DNA of 64,000 bases from Myroides sp. GTDB lineage: Bacteria; Bacteroidota; Bacteroidia; Flavobacteriales; Flavobacteriaceae. The notes under the pieces were generated by a model, which saw nothing but the letters and a program-made list of their open reading frames with translations, ran no database searches and was not told where the DNA came from. The stretch lies in contig JAVXSC010000001.1 of assembly GCA_036643355.1 (NCBI GenBank), positions 62,205 through 126,204 of the forward strand. Direction: 5' to 3'. Position numbers and translations under genes: made by a program. Shown one piece after another: positions 31,366-41,668 of this stretch (positions within the stretch are counted from its first letter, which is position 1; each line of letters starts with the position of its first letter).

Positions 31366-32121
31366 ATGGCTTCACAAGACGGCATTTTTAAAATTAAGGG
31401 AACACTGGGTGGCGTTACCTTTTACAAGACCAAAGACGGACATTTAGCGCGAGAAAAAGGCGGGATAGACAAAAAGCGTATGGCGAAGGATCCTGCATTT
31501 AAACGGACACGTGAAAACGGAAGTGAATTTGGAAGAGCCGGCACCTACGGAAAGTACCTGCGAAGCGCTTTTAGACCTATGTTGAACAATACGTCGGACA
31601 AGCGGGTGGTAAGCAGACTGGTTAAGGATTTGATGACGATTATTAAAACCGATACGGTTAATGCCCGTGGGGAGCGTACCCCGATTGAAGGGAATTTTGA
31701 ACTGTTGCGAGGATTTGAGTTCAATAGTAACGGACTTTTAAGCAATACTCTTTACGTACCTTACAACGCTTCTATTGATCGTGCGTCTGGGGATGTGAGT
31801 GTGGAACTTCCGGAATTGGTTCCCGAACAAATGATCAGTGCACCGGCAGGAACAACGCACTTTAAGATTGTTGCAGGTGCCTCTGAAGTAGATTTCCAAG
31901 CGGGAAACTCTTTAACGGTTTACACAGGAACCGCAGAAATTCCGTGGAACAGCGATACAATGCCAGCCTTAACACTTGACCTGGAACTTACAGCAGCAAG
32001 CGTACTGCCATTGGTACTGCTTTTGGGTGTGGAATTTTACCAGGAAATAAACGGTGTGTTCTATATGCTGAACAACGGTTCGTTTAACGCACTGGCGGTG
32101 GTTAACCTTAACAAGCAGTAA
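31366..32121 (+). CDS. Hypothetical protein (basic N-terminus, beta-rich C-terminus)
   Basis: Long ORF with A-rich start context; first gene of a tightly coupled four-gene operon. Confidence 0.85.
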   Translation: MASQDGIFKIKGTLGGVTFYKTKDGHLAREKGGIDKKRMAKDPAFKRTRENGSEFGRAGTYGKYLRSAFRPMLNNTSDKRVVSRLVKDLMTIIKTDTVNARGERTPIEGNFELLRGFEFNSNGLLSNTLYVPYNASIDRASGDVSVELPELVPEQMISAPAGTTHFKIVAGASEVDFQAGNSLTVYTGTAEIPWNSDTMPALTLDLELTAASVLPLVLLLGVEFYQEINGVFYMLNNGSFNALAVVNLNKQ

Positions 32122-32122
32122 T

Positions 32123-32536
32123 ATGCTGATGCTTAAACGTATTTATCTTGCAACGGCGGTGCACGGTGAACTTATCCTAAACGGAAAGCATATTGCCTAC
32201 ACCATAGAACTGCCGTGGCGGGACAACAAAAGGCGTATTTCGTGCATACCTGAAGGATCTTATGTTTTGAGAAAAAGGTATTCGGAAAAATTCAAATGGC
32301 ATTTTGTATTGCTTGATATACCCAACCGTAGCTGTATACTGATACACCCAGCGAACGATGCGCAGAAGGAACTACAGGGCTGCATTGCACCGGTAACACA
32401 ATTCACCGGCGAAGGAAAAGGTACTGAATCGCGGAAGGCAATGCAAAAACTGATGGATGTGTTGGAAACGTACCGACGAAACGGTTCAATTACTATATGT
32501 ATAACTTCAAATATCTTAAAAAATGGAAAACAATAA
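32123..32536 (+). CDS. DUF5675 family protein (putative peptidoglycan-acting enzyme)
   Basis: TIELPWRDN..RISCIPEG.Y, RS.ILIHPAN....LQGCIAP. Confidence 0.8.
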   Translation: MLMLKRIYLATAVHGELILNGKHIAYTIELPWRDNKRRISCIPEGSYVLRKRYSEKFKWHFVLLDIPNRSCILIHPANDAQKELQGCIAPVTQFTGEGKGTESRKAMQKLMDVLETYRRNGSITICITSNILKNGKQ

Positions 32537-32768
32537 TGTAATGGAGCGTGCAATGGCACCGACTCCCAAATTCTTTAAAACGCTACGTACCGTAGGACTT
32601 GTACTGGCAGCCGTAGCAGGAACTATTTTAACTGCGCCGATAGGATTGCCGGTAGCAGTGGTAAACATTGCGGGTTATCTGGCAGTTGCCGGCGGCGTAT
32701 TGTCTGCAGTATCGCAGATCACTGTTGACGATGCAAAAGCTACGGTTAAAAAAGAAGGCAATGGCTGA
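32523..32768 (+). CDS. Small two-TM membrane protein (holin-like)
   Basis: Two hydrophobic helices, charged C-terminus, overlaps both neighbours. Confidence 0.7.
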   Translation: MENNNVMERAMAPTPKFFKTLRTVGLVLAAVAGTILTAPIGLPVAVVNIAGYLAVAGGVLSAVSQITVDDAKATVKKEGNG

Positions 32769-32937
32769 GGGCAGAAATTGGTTTATGGGTGGGATGCTGC
32801 TTTCCTGTTCGTACAGCCTGCTACAGGCTGATGTATTTAAGACGGTACTACTGGCGATTATAGGTACGCTGACGAGCTATCTTTTTGGCAGACTGCTGGC
32901 GGTAGCAGCCAAATGGCTGCGTAAGAAAAAGGATTAA
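32761..32937 (+). CDS. Small membrane protein (58 aa)
   Basis: ATG overlaps the previous ORF; hydrophobic helix and basic tail. Confidence 0.6.
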   Translation: MAEGRNWFMGGMLLSCSYSLLQADVFKTVLLAIIGTLTSYLFGRLLAVAAKWLRKKKD

Positions 32938-32943
32938 TAATTG

Positions 32944-32980
32944 AAAAGGGATTGTCTTGCATGAGACAGTCCCTTTTTTT
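32944..32980 (+). terminator. Intrinsic terminator
   Basis: GGGATTGTCTT/GAGACAGTCCC followed by a T run. Confidence 0.8.
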
Positions 32981-33235
32981 GATTCGTTTTTTAATCGTTG
33001 AACCGTTGATTCGTTTATATGTTGGGTGCGGGAGGTTGGGTGCGGGGTGTGCCTTCGACATTTCGATGGGCTCAGTGACCGCGGGCTCAATAACCACCTC
33101 AGGCATCGTTGGAAGGATTTTATCCCACGGATGCACAGATTATAACTTGGTTTGTTTTTTAATCGATGATTTGTTAAGGTGTTGAATCGTTTATATGACA
33201 GATGTTGGGTGTTGGATGATTGATGTAGTGGTGTT

Positions 33236-33270
33236 TGTATACTGTATACTGTATACTGTATACTGTATAT
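33236..33270. repeat. Tandem heptamer (TGTATAC) x5
   Basis: Four perfect units and one imperfect unit. Confidence 0.9.
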
Positions 33271-33365
33271 TGAATTGATGTATATTGTAGTGGTAGAAAA
33301 ATTTTGCTTCTAAATCTCTATATCAGTAACAGATACACTTCGGTTTTTCTCTTCTTTTAATAGAC

Positions 33366-33545
33366 TAAAAGAAGCAAAAATCTTTTTTTTTTGATCTTGC
33401 CTCAGCTCAAAAACGGTTGAACTTTTCCTTGTTCACTAGCTGATCGAATCGTCGCTCTGCTCCCCGATCAGCTTACGTTCACATCGTCTGTTCAACTATA
33501 CCCGATTAAAATCGGGACAGGCTGTTTTTTGCTAATGGCGCTTTG
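33366..33545. repeat. Long nested-hairpin repeat, copy 2
   Basis: Matches 23531-23779; the adjacent 33290-33350 also matches about 23860-23920. Confidence 0.85.
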
Positions 33546-33676
33546 GATTTGTGTGGGTTGAAATATTGCTTTTATAATAAAAATTGGTACTTCAACTTTG
33601 GATTGTCGAAATGAATAAGATAAAGACATATTTTAATAAGGCAAATATTAATTAAAGTATTAGTGGTTATTTTTAT

Positions 33677-34132
33677 TTATCTACCAAGCTGTATATCAAT
33701 TATTTTTTTACTAACCTTTTCATTGTAAAGATCAGAAACAAGAGAACTACCATATTTATCGGATAAAGCAGATCGCTTTTTATAAATACCTTTTTGGAGC
33801 TGTTCGTATTTATGATGCAGCTCGTACATAATTTCATATTCACTTACGGCTTCTTCAACAGTTTTAAACTTACTTTGATCGATTCTTGTAACAATCCACG
33901 TTTTAAAGTCTTCTTGTGTTTTACCATAATTTTTAGGTAGTTTTGCAGCAAATTTAAAGCCACGATCCATGTAGGCATTGTATTCTGCCGAAGTATATAA
34001 CTTTATAGCTTCTATTTTCAACTCTTCAAATAATTCATCATTTAATACTTGTTCTTGATCATTTTGTGCAAATGAATTCTGAAAGAAAAGAGCACAATAA
34101 GAAAATACAATTATTTTAATTAACTTTTTCAT
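33677..34132 (-). CDS. Hypothetical secreted protein
   Basis: Signal peptide ending SFA-Q. Confidence 0.75.
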   Translation of the reverse strand: MKKLIKIIVFSYCALFFQNSFAQNDQEQVLNDELFEELKIEAIKLYTSAEYNAYMDRGFKFAAKLPKNYGKTQEDFKTWIVTRIDQSKFKTVEEAVSEYEIMYELHHKYEQLQKGIYKKRSALSDKYGSSLVSDLYNEKVSKKIIDIQLGR

Positions 34133-34322
34133 AATTGATTTTTGGACGTTATGTATGTAAAACGAATATGAAGAGGAATTTATTACCTGAAAACTATTTT
34201 TATGAAAGAATGATTTGGAGACCCATGTTCCAAAAACAACTTATTTTCTTGCAATTTTTTGAATGGCAATCTAAAGTTTACATACCGCCTTGGATTTGTG
34301 TGCAGTTGCAAAAAACGGCTAT

Positions 34323-35010
34323 AGTATACCACCTTTAGCGGATTAAAGTGAGCATAGCGCAACGGCTAAAAGTGAACCACCTGCAACGAGTGAAGGTGAA
34401 CCACTAAAAATTGATTCTATCTGTAAAGATTTTCCGATCTTTTTTATTAAAAAGATCATGGCAAATACACAAAGAGATATGCGAAAAATAAAACAGATTT
34501 TTAAACTCTACAGCGAAGGTGTAAGCAAGCGAAAAATAAGCCTGATTATAGGACTTTCACGCAACACCGTCAGCAAGTATATTGATTTTTTTAAACGTTA
34601 CAACCTTACCAGCTACTAAGTGTCGGCTATGACACTCGAGGAACTTAATAACTTATTTAAGTCCGATCATAAGAACAAAAGTCCCCAGTTATTAACTTTA
34701 GAAAAGTACTTTCCTTATTTTGATAAAGAGCTTCGCAAAACCGGAGTTACCAAAGAACTGCTCTGGCAGGAATATTATGCCAAACATCCCGATGGTTATA
34801 AAATTACCCAGTTTAGATATTGGTATCGGGAATGGACGAAAGAGGTATATCCAGTGATGCACTATACCCATAAAGCTGGCGACAAACTGTTCATTGATTT
34901 TACCGGGAAGAAGCTCTATATTGTAGACCCGCATACAGGAGAAATACAAGACTTGGAAGTTTTTATCTGTGTTTTGGGCAGCAGCCAATATACGTATGTA
35001 AAAGCCTGTG
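34323..35010 (+). mobile_element. IS21-family remnant (left end plus truncated istA with internal stop)
   Basis: Repeated AAGTGA(A/G)C boxes; ORF from 34458 with HTH, TAA at 34617, then LLWQEY...H.AGDKLFIDFTG..S.YTY; ends near 35010. Confidence 0.85.
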
Positions 35011-35159
35011 AAAAATTTTTAACTTTTTGTCTTCATATGTTAACATTATTAGGATTTAAAGTTGTTTATTAAATAATTAATTTTTAAATTATCAAATAAT
35101 TAAGTTATCGAATTGTTGATTTTTATTAAATAAAAATATAAAATGATGATAATGTATTT

Positions 35160-35369
35160 ATGTTAAAATTTCACTATATTAGTAAGCGTAATAATTCACT
35201 AATCTCACCCTTTATATTTACAGAATCAGACCTAATTTTAATTAAAGATTGTTTGCTCCAAAGAGTGGGTCAAAATCTAAAAAAGTTTAGAAAGTACAGT
35301 GAAGAAGATTTGAACAGTCTTCGTGTTGTTGAAAAAATAAACTTGTTTATGGGTTTTAAACAAGTTTAA
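35160..35369 (+). CDS. Small hypothetical protein, similar to 62687-62845 (start uncertain)
   Basis: FTESDLILIK...EKINLF; hairpin downstream. Confidence 0.45.
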   Translation: MLKFHYISKRNNSLISPFIFTESDLILIKDCLLQRVGQNLKKFRKYSEEDLNSLRVVEKINLFMGFKQV

Positions 35370-35507
35370 AGTATCTCACAGAACAAAAACACCATATCAT
35401 AAGGTGGTTTTGATTTTTTAATCGAGATACACATTTAATTCAGATAAGAAATTTTCAATCTCATCGGCTTTACCTTCTAATGTTATTTGATAACCATTTG
35501 GTGTTAT

Positions 35508-35819
35508 GGTTATCATAGAACTATGAAAAATGTGGTTAAACTGAATCATTTTTATCATCCAGAGGAATTAACTCAAGCTTTAAATGAATTTGTTGTAAAT
35601 TACAATAATAACAGATATCACGAATTTTTAAACAACTTAACACCAGCTGATGTATATTTTGGAAGATCTGATAAAATCCTTGAGCAAATAGCCGTTATTA
35701 AACAAAAAACAATTGCTAAAAGAAGGCAATTGTACAATCAAGAAAAAATACTAAATTTATAAACCAAACACTATCTTAATTTTTACAAGAAGGTGTCCAA
35801 ATTAGTTTGAAGACGTACA
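35508..35819 (+). mobile_element. IS481/IS3-like transposase C-terminal remnant with right end
   Basis: YHRTMKN...YNNNRYHE.L.NLTPADVY.GR; end-like sequence ...TGAAGACGTACA. Confidence 0.75.
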
Positions 35820-35820
35820 T

Positions 35821-35853
35821 TTGTATTTTATTGGTATTGATGTGTCTAAATTA
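35821..35853 (+). pseudogene. Possible IS110 transposase N-terminal fragment
   Basis: YFIGIDVSK motif only. Confidence 0.4.
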
Positions 35854-36203
35854 AATTGTAGGCTTCCCTATTTTGTACAAGTTAAAACTATACCATATTC
35901 TACTACGTTTTACAAATGCGGGACTCATTTAATCGAAAGCGTAGGTGTAGTTTTAAAGCATTCCTTAAACTGTATTTTCTTTCTTATAAGTTTACTTGCC
36001 TAATTCCTTCTAAGGAATTCTGCAATCTCTAATAACTATTATCCTCTATCATGACTATTTCTTTGACTAGGTCAATATTATTGAAAAAAATATGTATCCA
36101 AGACATTTTCTCGGTAATTCTTGTTAAAATATTTTATTAAAAAGTTTGGTGTTGGTTAACCTGGTTGGGTATATTCTATTTCCATAACCTAACTCCAATT
36201 GTA

Positions 36204-37391
36204 TTACTTTTTTGTAGGTTCATTTAACTCTATTGTTTGGCTTTTTAAAATTCTTCGAGTTTTCCATTTTAAAGCAATAAAACTCAGCGTTCCGCAAACT
36301 AAAGCAATAATAAGCATATTTATAATATACGGATACGTTAAATCGACTGTTCCGTTTTCGATAATCAGAATTCGGAAAGCAGGTAAAAAATGTGTTAACG
36401 GGATTCCCCTTGAAATTATCTGAATCCATTCCGGCATTTGACTTAAAGGCCACGTAAATCCTGAAATCATAAAGCTTGGCGTTGCCACAACCATTAAAAT
36501 TTCGGTTGCTTTTAATTGGTTCGGAATTAAAATACTAATCAAAATTCCGATGAAGCAAACTGCTACTATAAAAACACCTGCAATTAAAGTAAGGGCGCCT
36601 AAATTATTGTAAAATGGAATGTTAAACCACCACGTAAATGCCCAATACATAAGCCAAACCGCAAAACTCATAATTAAATACGGAATGATTTTAACTGCAA
36701 TTAAAGAGAATGTATTTTTAGTTTGTTTTACTAAATTGATAAAAGTTCCGTTTTCGAATTCGGAAGCGAAAGAAAGAGCTAAACCAAGTAATAAAACCTG
36801 TTGTAAAACGGTAGCCAAAACGCCCGGCCACAAGAAATACATATAGTTTGTACTTCGATTATTTTTTTTAATAAAAGTTGTTTTAAATGGTTCGTATTGG
36901 CTCATAATCAAATTTTCGGGCGTTCCTTGTTTACGCAAAGTTTCTATTTGAGTTCCTACTTTTAAAGTTCCCAAAACAACCTGCAAAGCACCCGAAGCGT
37001 AATTTGCTGTTAAAACATTCGATGTATTTACAATGGTAGTAATTTCGGGATACTGCTTTGTTAAGACATCTTTTTCGAATCCTTTTGGAATTAAAACCAC
37101 ACAAGCCGCATCTTTTTCAATCATCAATCGATCTAAATTTTGTGTATCGAATTGCAAAGCCGAAATCGATAAAATTTCGTTATCCTGCATCATTTCAATT
37201 GCTTTGGCACTCATAGAAGATTGATCTTCGTCTACAACAACAATCGGTAAATCGGTTACTTTACCTTTACTGTAAACATATCCAATTAAAATTCCATATA
37301 ACAACGGAGCACCAAAAAAAAGCATTTTCAATACATCATTGCCCCAAAACAATTTAAATTCTCTTTTTAATAAGTTTATAAACGTTTTCAT
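36204..37391 (-). CDS. ABC-2 type transporter permease
   Basis: LPIVVVDEDQS periplasmic loop, SGFTWP..MP, several TM segments. Confidence 0.9.
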   Translation of the reverse strand: MKTFINLLKREFKLFWGNDVLKMLFFGAPLLYGILIGYVYSKGKVTDLPIVVVDEDQSSMSAKAIEMMQDNEILSISALQFDTQNLDRLMIEKDAACVVLIPKGFEKDVLTKQYPEITTIVNTSNVLTANYASGALQVVLGTLKVGTQIETLRKQGTPENLIMSQYEPFKTTFIKKNNRSTNYMYFLWPGVLATVLQQVLLLGLALSFASEFENGTFINLVKQTKNTFSLIAVKIIPYLIMSFAVWLMYWAFTWWFNIPFYNNLGALTLIAGVFIVAVCFIGILISILIPNQLKATEILMVVATPSFMISGFTWPLSQMPEWIQIISRGIPLTHFLPAFRILIIENGTVDLTYPYIINMLIIALVCGTLSFIALKWKTRRILKSQTIELNEPTKK

Positions 37392-37392
37392 G

Positions 37393-38346
37393 CTATTTCT
37401 TTATTGTTACCGTAGATTTAGCTAACAGATCTTTCGCATCTTGCAATTTCGTGGGACGAACTGTTACTTCATATAAAGGATCTTGAATATCATAATCGGG
37501 ATAAGCCGTTGCAATATTTGCATACGCGCCAATTTGTTTTACGTTTTGAATGGTTCCTGCAATGTCAACATTTTTATACGGAACATGAACCGAAACCGCT
37601 TTTCCTTTTTCGTAAGCCGAAATACTACTTTCAGGAACCGTAAATCTAAAATAAGTTGTTTCAGGCAACGAACCTTTAAACAATGTATAACCAGGTAAAG
37701 CCAACTCCCCCAATTTAAGCGTTACAGCATCGATTTTCATATCTTGAGGTGCGATAATATAACGTTCTTTTTCTGCAACAGCAACTTCTTGTAAAGCTCC
37801 TAAAGCACGGTCTTGTTGACCTAAAGCCATTGTTTGCTGTTCTAGTCTAACTCCGTTTTTAACATCTGCTATTTCGGCACCTACCGCGATTAACTGTGCC
37901 TGCGCTCCTTGATATTTAGCAAAAACCTCGTCGTATTGTTGTTGCGGAACTAACGAATCTTTTACCATTGCTTCTAATCGGTTTAATGATTTTTTAGCAA
38001 ATTGGTATTGCTCATTTAAAGCCGCTTTTTTAGCATTCAATTGTTTTAATTGATTCGAAGTTGCTCCGTGAACACTCATTTCGTATTGGGCTTCAGCCGA
38101 TTTCACAGCTCCTTGTGCTTGTGCTTTTTTAGCGGCAACTTCCGGAATATCTAAAATTGCCAATGTATCTCCTTTTTTCACAAAATCGCCTTCATTTACT
38201 AAGATTTTATCAATTCTGCCCGCTAATTTTCCCACAACGGCAATTTCATCTCGTTCTATTTTTCCTTGGATTGATTTTGCAACTTCCGATTTATTCGAAC
38301 ATGAAGCTATTGCGCAAATTCCTATAAATACTAATATCTTTTTCAT
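37393..38346 (-). CDS. HlyD family secretion protein
   Basis: GRIDKILVNEGDFVKKGD lipoyl motif, coiled coil. Confidence 0.9.
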   Translation of the reverse strand: MKKILVFIGICAIASCSNKSEVAKSIQGKIERDEIAVVGKLAGRIDKILVNEGDFVKKGDTLAILDIPEVAAKKAQAQGAVKSAEAQYEMSVHGATSNQLKQLNAKKAALNEQYQFAKKSLNRLEAMVKDSLVPQQQYDEVFAKYQGAQAQLIAVGAEIADVKNGVRLEQQTMALGQQDRALGALQEVAVAEKERYIIAPQDMKIDAVTLKLGELALPGYTLFKGSLPETTYFRFTVPESSISAYEKGKAVSVHVPYKNVDIAGTIQNVKQIGAYANIATAYPDYDIQDPLYEVTVRPTKLQDAKDLLAKSTVTIKK

Positions 38347-38348
38347 AA

Positions 38349-39725
38349 CTAATTACTTTTTATATATTGAAGCAAACTTCCTGAAGCTTGATAAACATCT
38401 ATTGCTGCCTGACGCTGTTTTATGGTTGTTTCTATTTTATTTAAAGACTCTTTGTAAATATCATTTTCGGCAGATAATCGATCTGTAACACTGATTAAAC
38501 CAGCTCGATATTGTTTAGAAGCAACTTCGTTATTATTTTTTGCAATAACTTCGCGCTGTTTCGCTATATCTAATTGTTTTAAAGACGTTTCGTAATCTTT
38601 TTTTGTTTTTTCTAATTGAAGCGCAATTTTTTCTTCTGTATCAATTCGTTTTGCTTCAATTTGTTTTTTACTTAATTGTGCTGTTTCTAATTTATGCTTT
38701 CGTTCAAAGCCCGAAAACAATTCCCATTTCATTGCAACTCCAACCATCCAAGTAGGATTCATTGTTAATTCATCCATTTTTAGATTTGCGGTTCTATTAA
38801 TAGTCGATAACGGAATTTCTATTTCGCTATTGAAAATCGAAGTGTAAGAATATCCACCAAAAGCCCCGATTGAAGGTAAAAATGTTCCTTTTTCTTTCTT
38901 AATAGCATAAGATGCGGCTTTATCGAACGCTTCTAAAGCGAGCATTTCGTTTCTATTGTTTGAATTTACATCTTCAAAAATCAAAATCGGATCTACATTA
39001 TGTTGAATATTTAAAATTTGTTCGGTAGACCAACCTGTTGCTTGTTGAATTTTTAAAGCCAATAATTCTCTTTTATTCAAAACATCTTCTTTCTTTGTTT
39101 CTAATTCTAAAGATGCTAATTTAATTTTATCGCGATCGTAAGGAATCGCCAAACCTTGAGCAATTGCTTTTTCAACTCGTTCCGTTTCTTTATTTAATCT
39201 TTTTTCACTTTCTTGAATTAAGGATTCTGCTACATTCAACATTTCTAATTGATCTAAATCGAGTAATATTTCACGAATAACTTGATCTTTTCGTAATTCC
39301 ATCATATAGCCGGTACCCTCTGCTTTATTTTGTAGCGCTTTTGCTCCATTATAAATTTGTCCACCGCTAAACAAAACTGCTTTTGCCGTAACGCCAGCAT
39401 GAAAAGCCTGACCTTTTGTTGAAAAATTAGAAGAGCCCCCAAACAATTCCGTTCCCGTAATAGGCAATTGAACAGTTGGAATATCTAATGAACCTTCGCT
39501 ATTTAAATATCCATAAAGCGCATTCGCTTCAACTCTCGGCATATATTTAGCTTTCACGGAACGAACTTCGTTTTGAAGTTTTTCTTTTTCTAAACCATTC
39601 GTAATGATTTCACCATCTTTATTTAAAGCAGATTGTATCAAACTGCTTACTTCCTTCTCTACCTGAATTTGACTAAAACCAAGTTGAGAAAACATGATTC
39701 CTAAACATAAAAAAAATCGTTTCAT
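38349..39725 (-). CDS. TolC family outer membrane protein
   Basis: Signal peptide, OEP repeats, operon context. Confidence 0.88.
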   Translation of the reverse strand: MKRFFLCLGIMFSQLGFSQIQVEKEVSSLIQSALNKDGEIITNGLEKEKLQNEVRSVKAKYMPRVEANALYGYLNSEGSLDIPTVQLPITGTELFGGSSNFSTKGQAFHAGVTAKAVLFSGGQIYNGAKALQNKAEGTGYMMELRKDQVIREILLDLDQLEMLNVAESLIQESEKRLNKETERVEKAIAQGLAIPYDRDKIKLASLELETKKEDVLNKRELLALKIQQATGWSTEQILNIQHNVDPILIFEDVNSNNRNEMLALEAFDKAASYAIKKEKGTFLPSIGAFGGYSYTSIFNSEIEIPLSTINRTANLKMDELTMNPTWMVGVAMKWELFSGFERKHKLETAQLSKKQIEAKRIDTEEKIALQLEKTKKDYETSLKQLDIAKQREVIAKNNNEVASKQYRAGLISVTDRLSAENDIYKESLNKIETTIKQRQAAIDVYQASGSLLQYIKSN

Positions 39726-39728
39726 AGT

Positions 39729-40172
39729 TTATTTTATATTTTCATAAATTACCTGAAAAGCATCACGAACAGCTAAAATCTGCTCTTCTGTTAATCCTTT
39801 TATAGCTTTTTCAATAGTTTCACTTACTACATTTAAAATGGGATCTTGCATTTGTTTACCGCTATCAGTCAGAAATATCAAATTTAATCGTCGATCAGTT
39901 TCATGATTTCTACGCTCCACAAAACCTAATTTTTCCAAATTATCCACTAAACGGGTAACACTGGGCTTGTCTCGACTTGTAGCTTCAGCTAGAAACTGTT
40001 GTGAAACCCCGTCTGAATGATACAAAATAGCCAAGATAGACCATTGCTCGCGAGTTAAGTTTATTCCTTCATTTTTAAACTGCTGTCCTAAATATCTATT
40101 CAACAATAAGGGTACTCTGCCTGCCAATAAGTTATATTTATTTTCATTTGTTAACAAATCTGTAGCATTCAT
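39729..40172 (-). CDS. MarR family regulator
   Basis: LT.EQW, TRLVDNLEK.G.VER...DRR. Confidence 0.93.
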   Translation of the reverse strand: MNATDLLTNENKYNLLAGRVPLLLNRYLGQQFKNEGINLTREQWSILAILYHSDGVSQQFLAEATSRDKPSVTRLVDNLEKLGFVERRNHETDRRLNLIFLTDSGKQMQDPILNVVSETIEKAIKGLTEEQILAVRDAFQVIYENIK

Positions 40173-40176
40173 AATT

Positions 40177-40232
40177 ATAGTTGTTTAAGCAACCACAAAG
40201 TTACAAAATAAATAGTTGTTTATACAACTATT
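40177..40232. promoter_or_regulatory. Two putative MarR operators flanking the -7 box
   Basis: AATAGTTGT-TTAT-ACAACTATT (40211-40232), degenerate copy 40177-40196, minus-strand TAACTTTG at 40196-40203. Confidence 0.7.
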
Positions 40233-40413
40233 ATTGAATAATTATTTAGTTTCGAATTTAAGGCCTTTTATTTTATTTGATTCACCTTCATGAGTGCTTA
40301 CACTTCTTCGTCAGTTTGATTTTAATTTGCAAGCTGTTTTAAACGAAGGAAGCCTGGCAAAGTTAATTTACAGAACTTTGACAGGCTTCCATTTTAGAAT
40401 AATTGTGGTATAT

Positions 40414-40707
40414 TTATTTAGCCGCTAAAACATCCAATTTCTCAATAGATGGTGCAGTAGCCAACAATTCAGGTGCATTTTCCATTAACGCCTTTGCAAT
40501 CTTACCACCAAGATGTGCTTCTCTGCCTTCTTCATCTGAAAAAGTGTCAAAAATGCCAAATGTAGAAGAGTCAATACGGAACGCATACCATGTAATAGTG
40601 CCCGCTTCTTCATTAGCAAGTGGTAATGCACTTGTAATAAACTCTTCAACATTTTTTTCTTTTCCAGCTTTTGCTTCTAGTCGAACTAATAATCCTAATT
40701 TTTTCAT
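40414..40707 (-). CDS. Antibiotic biosynthesis monooxygenase (ABM) domain protein
   Basis: L.AK.GKE..V, E.GT..W, FGIFDTF....REAHL. Confidence 0.85.
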   Translation of the reverse strand: MKKLGLLVRLEAKAGKEKNVEEFITSALPLANEEAGTITWYAFRIDSSTFGIFDTFSDEEGREAHLGGKIAKALMENAPELLATAPSIEKLDVLAAK

Positions 40708-40807
40708 GTCTTTTTATTTTTAAATTAAACCAATTTTGTTTTAACAAATGTAACTAACTTAAGCTTGTAGTGCTTTTTTATATAGTTCAAAAACTTATGA
40801 AAAAAGG

Positions 40808-41668
40808 TCAAGTTTTCACAACATTTTTTGGGCTATAACCAAATTCATTTTTAAAGGCTGTGCTAAAATTCGATAAGCTATCATAACCAAAGTCCATATA
40901 GATTTCTGATGGTGTCGCTTCATTATTAAGCAATATTTTTTTGGCTTTGTTGAGCCGTTTTAGTTGAAACCATTTTCCAGGAGACTCTTGATATAATTTT
41001 GTGAATTTTCGCTTAAAAGTAGATAAACTCATATTGCATAGAAAAGCGACCTCTTCAATATTCAAACTCGTGTACAGATTTTTTTCAATGACCATTTTAA
41101 AAGATAATTCTCTTTCGTTGATTAACAATGAATGTAGATAAACAAAAAAACTTTGCCCATACTTATCAGCCAGATACAGCATAATTTCTTCAAATTTCAA
41201 TTCCAGAATTTTTTGAGAGATTGTTTGATTCAAGCCATAAATTTGTTTAATAGAATTAATAAAATGGATAATAAAATTGTCTTTTTCCATAAGGAAATAA
41301 GGACTACTGGTAGCTGCTTTATTAAAGTCATTTGGGTTAAATAAATGCCCATATTTCAATAAAAAATCATTAATGTTTTTTTGAGAAAAGAAAAAGAGTA
41401 GGCAACTATAACTATTTGCCCCAACAATTTCTGTTGTTAAAAAATTCCCCGACGCAAGGAGCAAGGATTGTGTATGATCTATTGAAACGATGTCATTAGA
41501 AAAGTGAATGTCTTTTTGTCCGTCCAGCAAAAAACTGAATACATTTTTGTTTAGGTTAATCTTATTTTTGGAAATATGTTTATAAACCTCGTAATTAGCA
41601 ATTTGCAGGTCTGATGTGCCCGTGTCGTTACCTTCAAATAAATGTTCGGGAAGATTTGTAATGTCCAT
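40808..41668 (-). CDS. AraC family regulator
   Basis: MSLSTFKRKF, GYDSLSNFSTAFK. Confidence 0.92.
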   Translation of the reverse strand: MDITNLPEHLFEGNDTGTSDLQIANYEVYKHISKNKINLNKNVFSFLLDGQKDIHFSNDIVSIDHTQSLLLASGNFLTTEIVGANSYSCLLFFFSQKNINDFLLKYGHLFNPNDFNKAATSSPYFLMEKDNFIIHFINSIKQIYGLNQTISQKILELKFEEIMLYLADKYGQSFFVYLHSLLINERELSFKMVIEKNLYTSLNIEEVAFLCNMSLSTFKRKFTKLYQESPGKWFQLKRLNKAKKILLNNEATPSEIYMDFGYDSLSNFSTAFKNEFGYSPKNVVKT

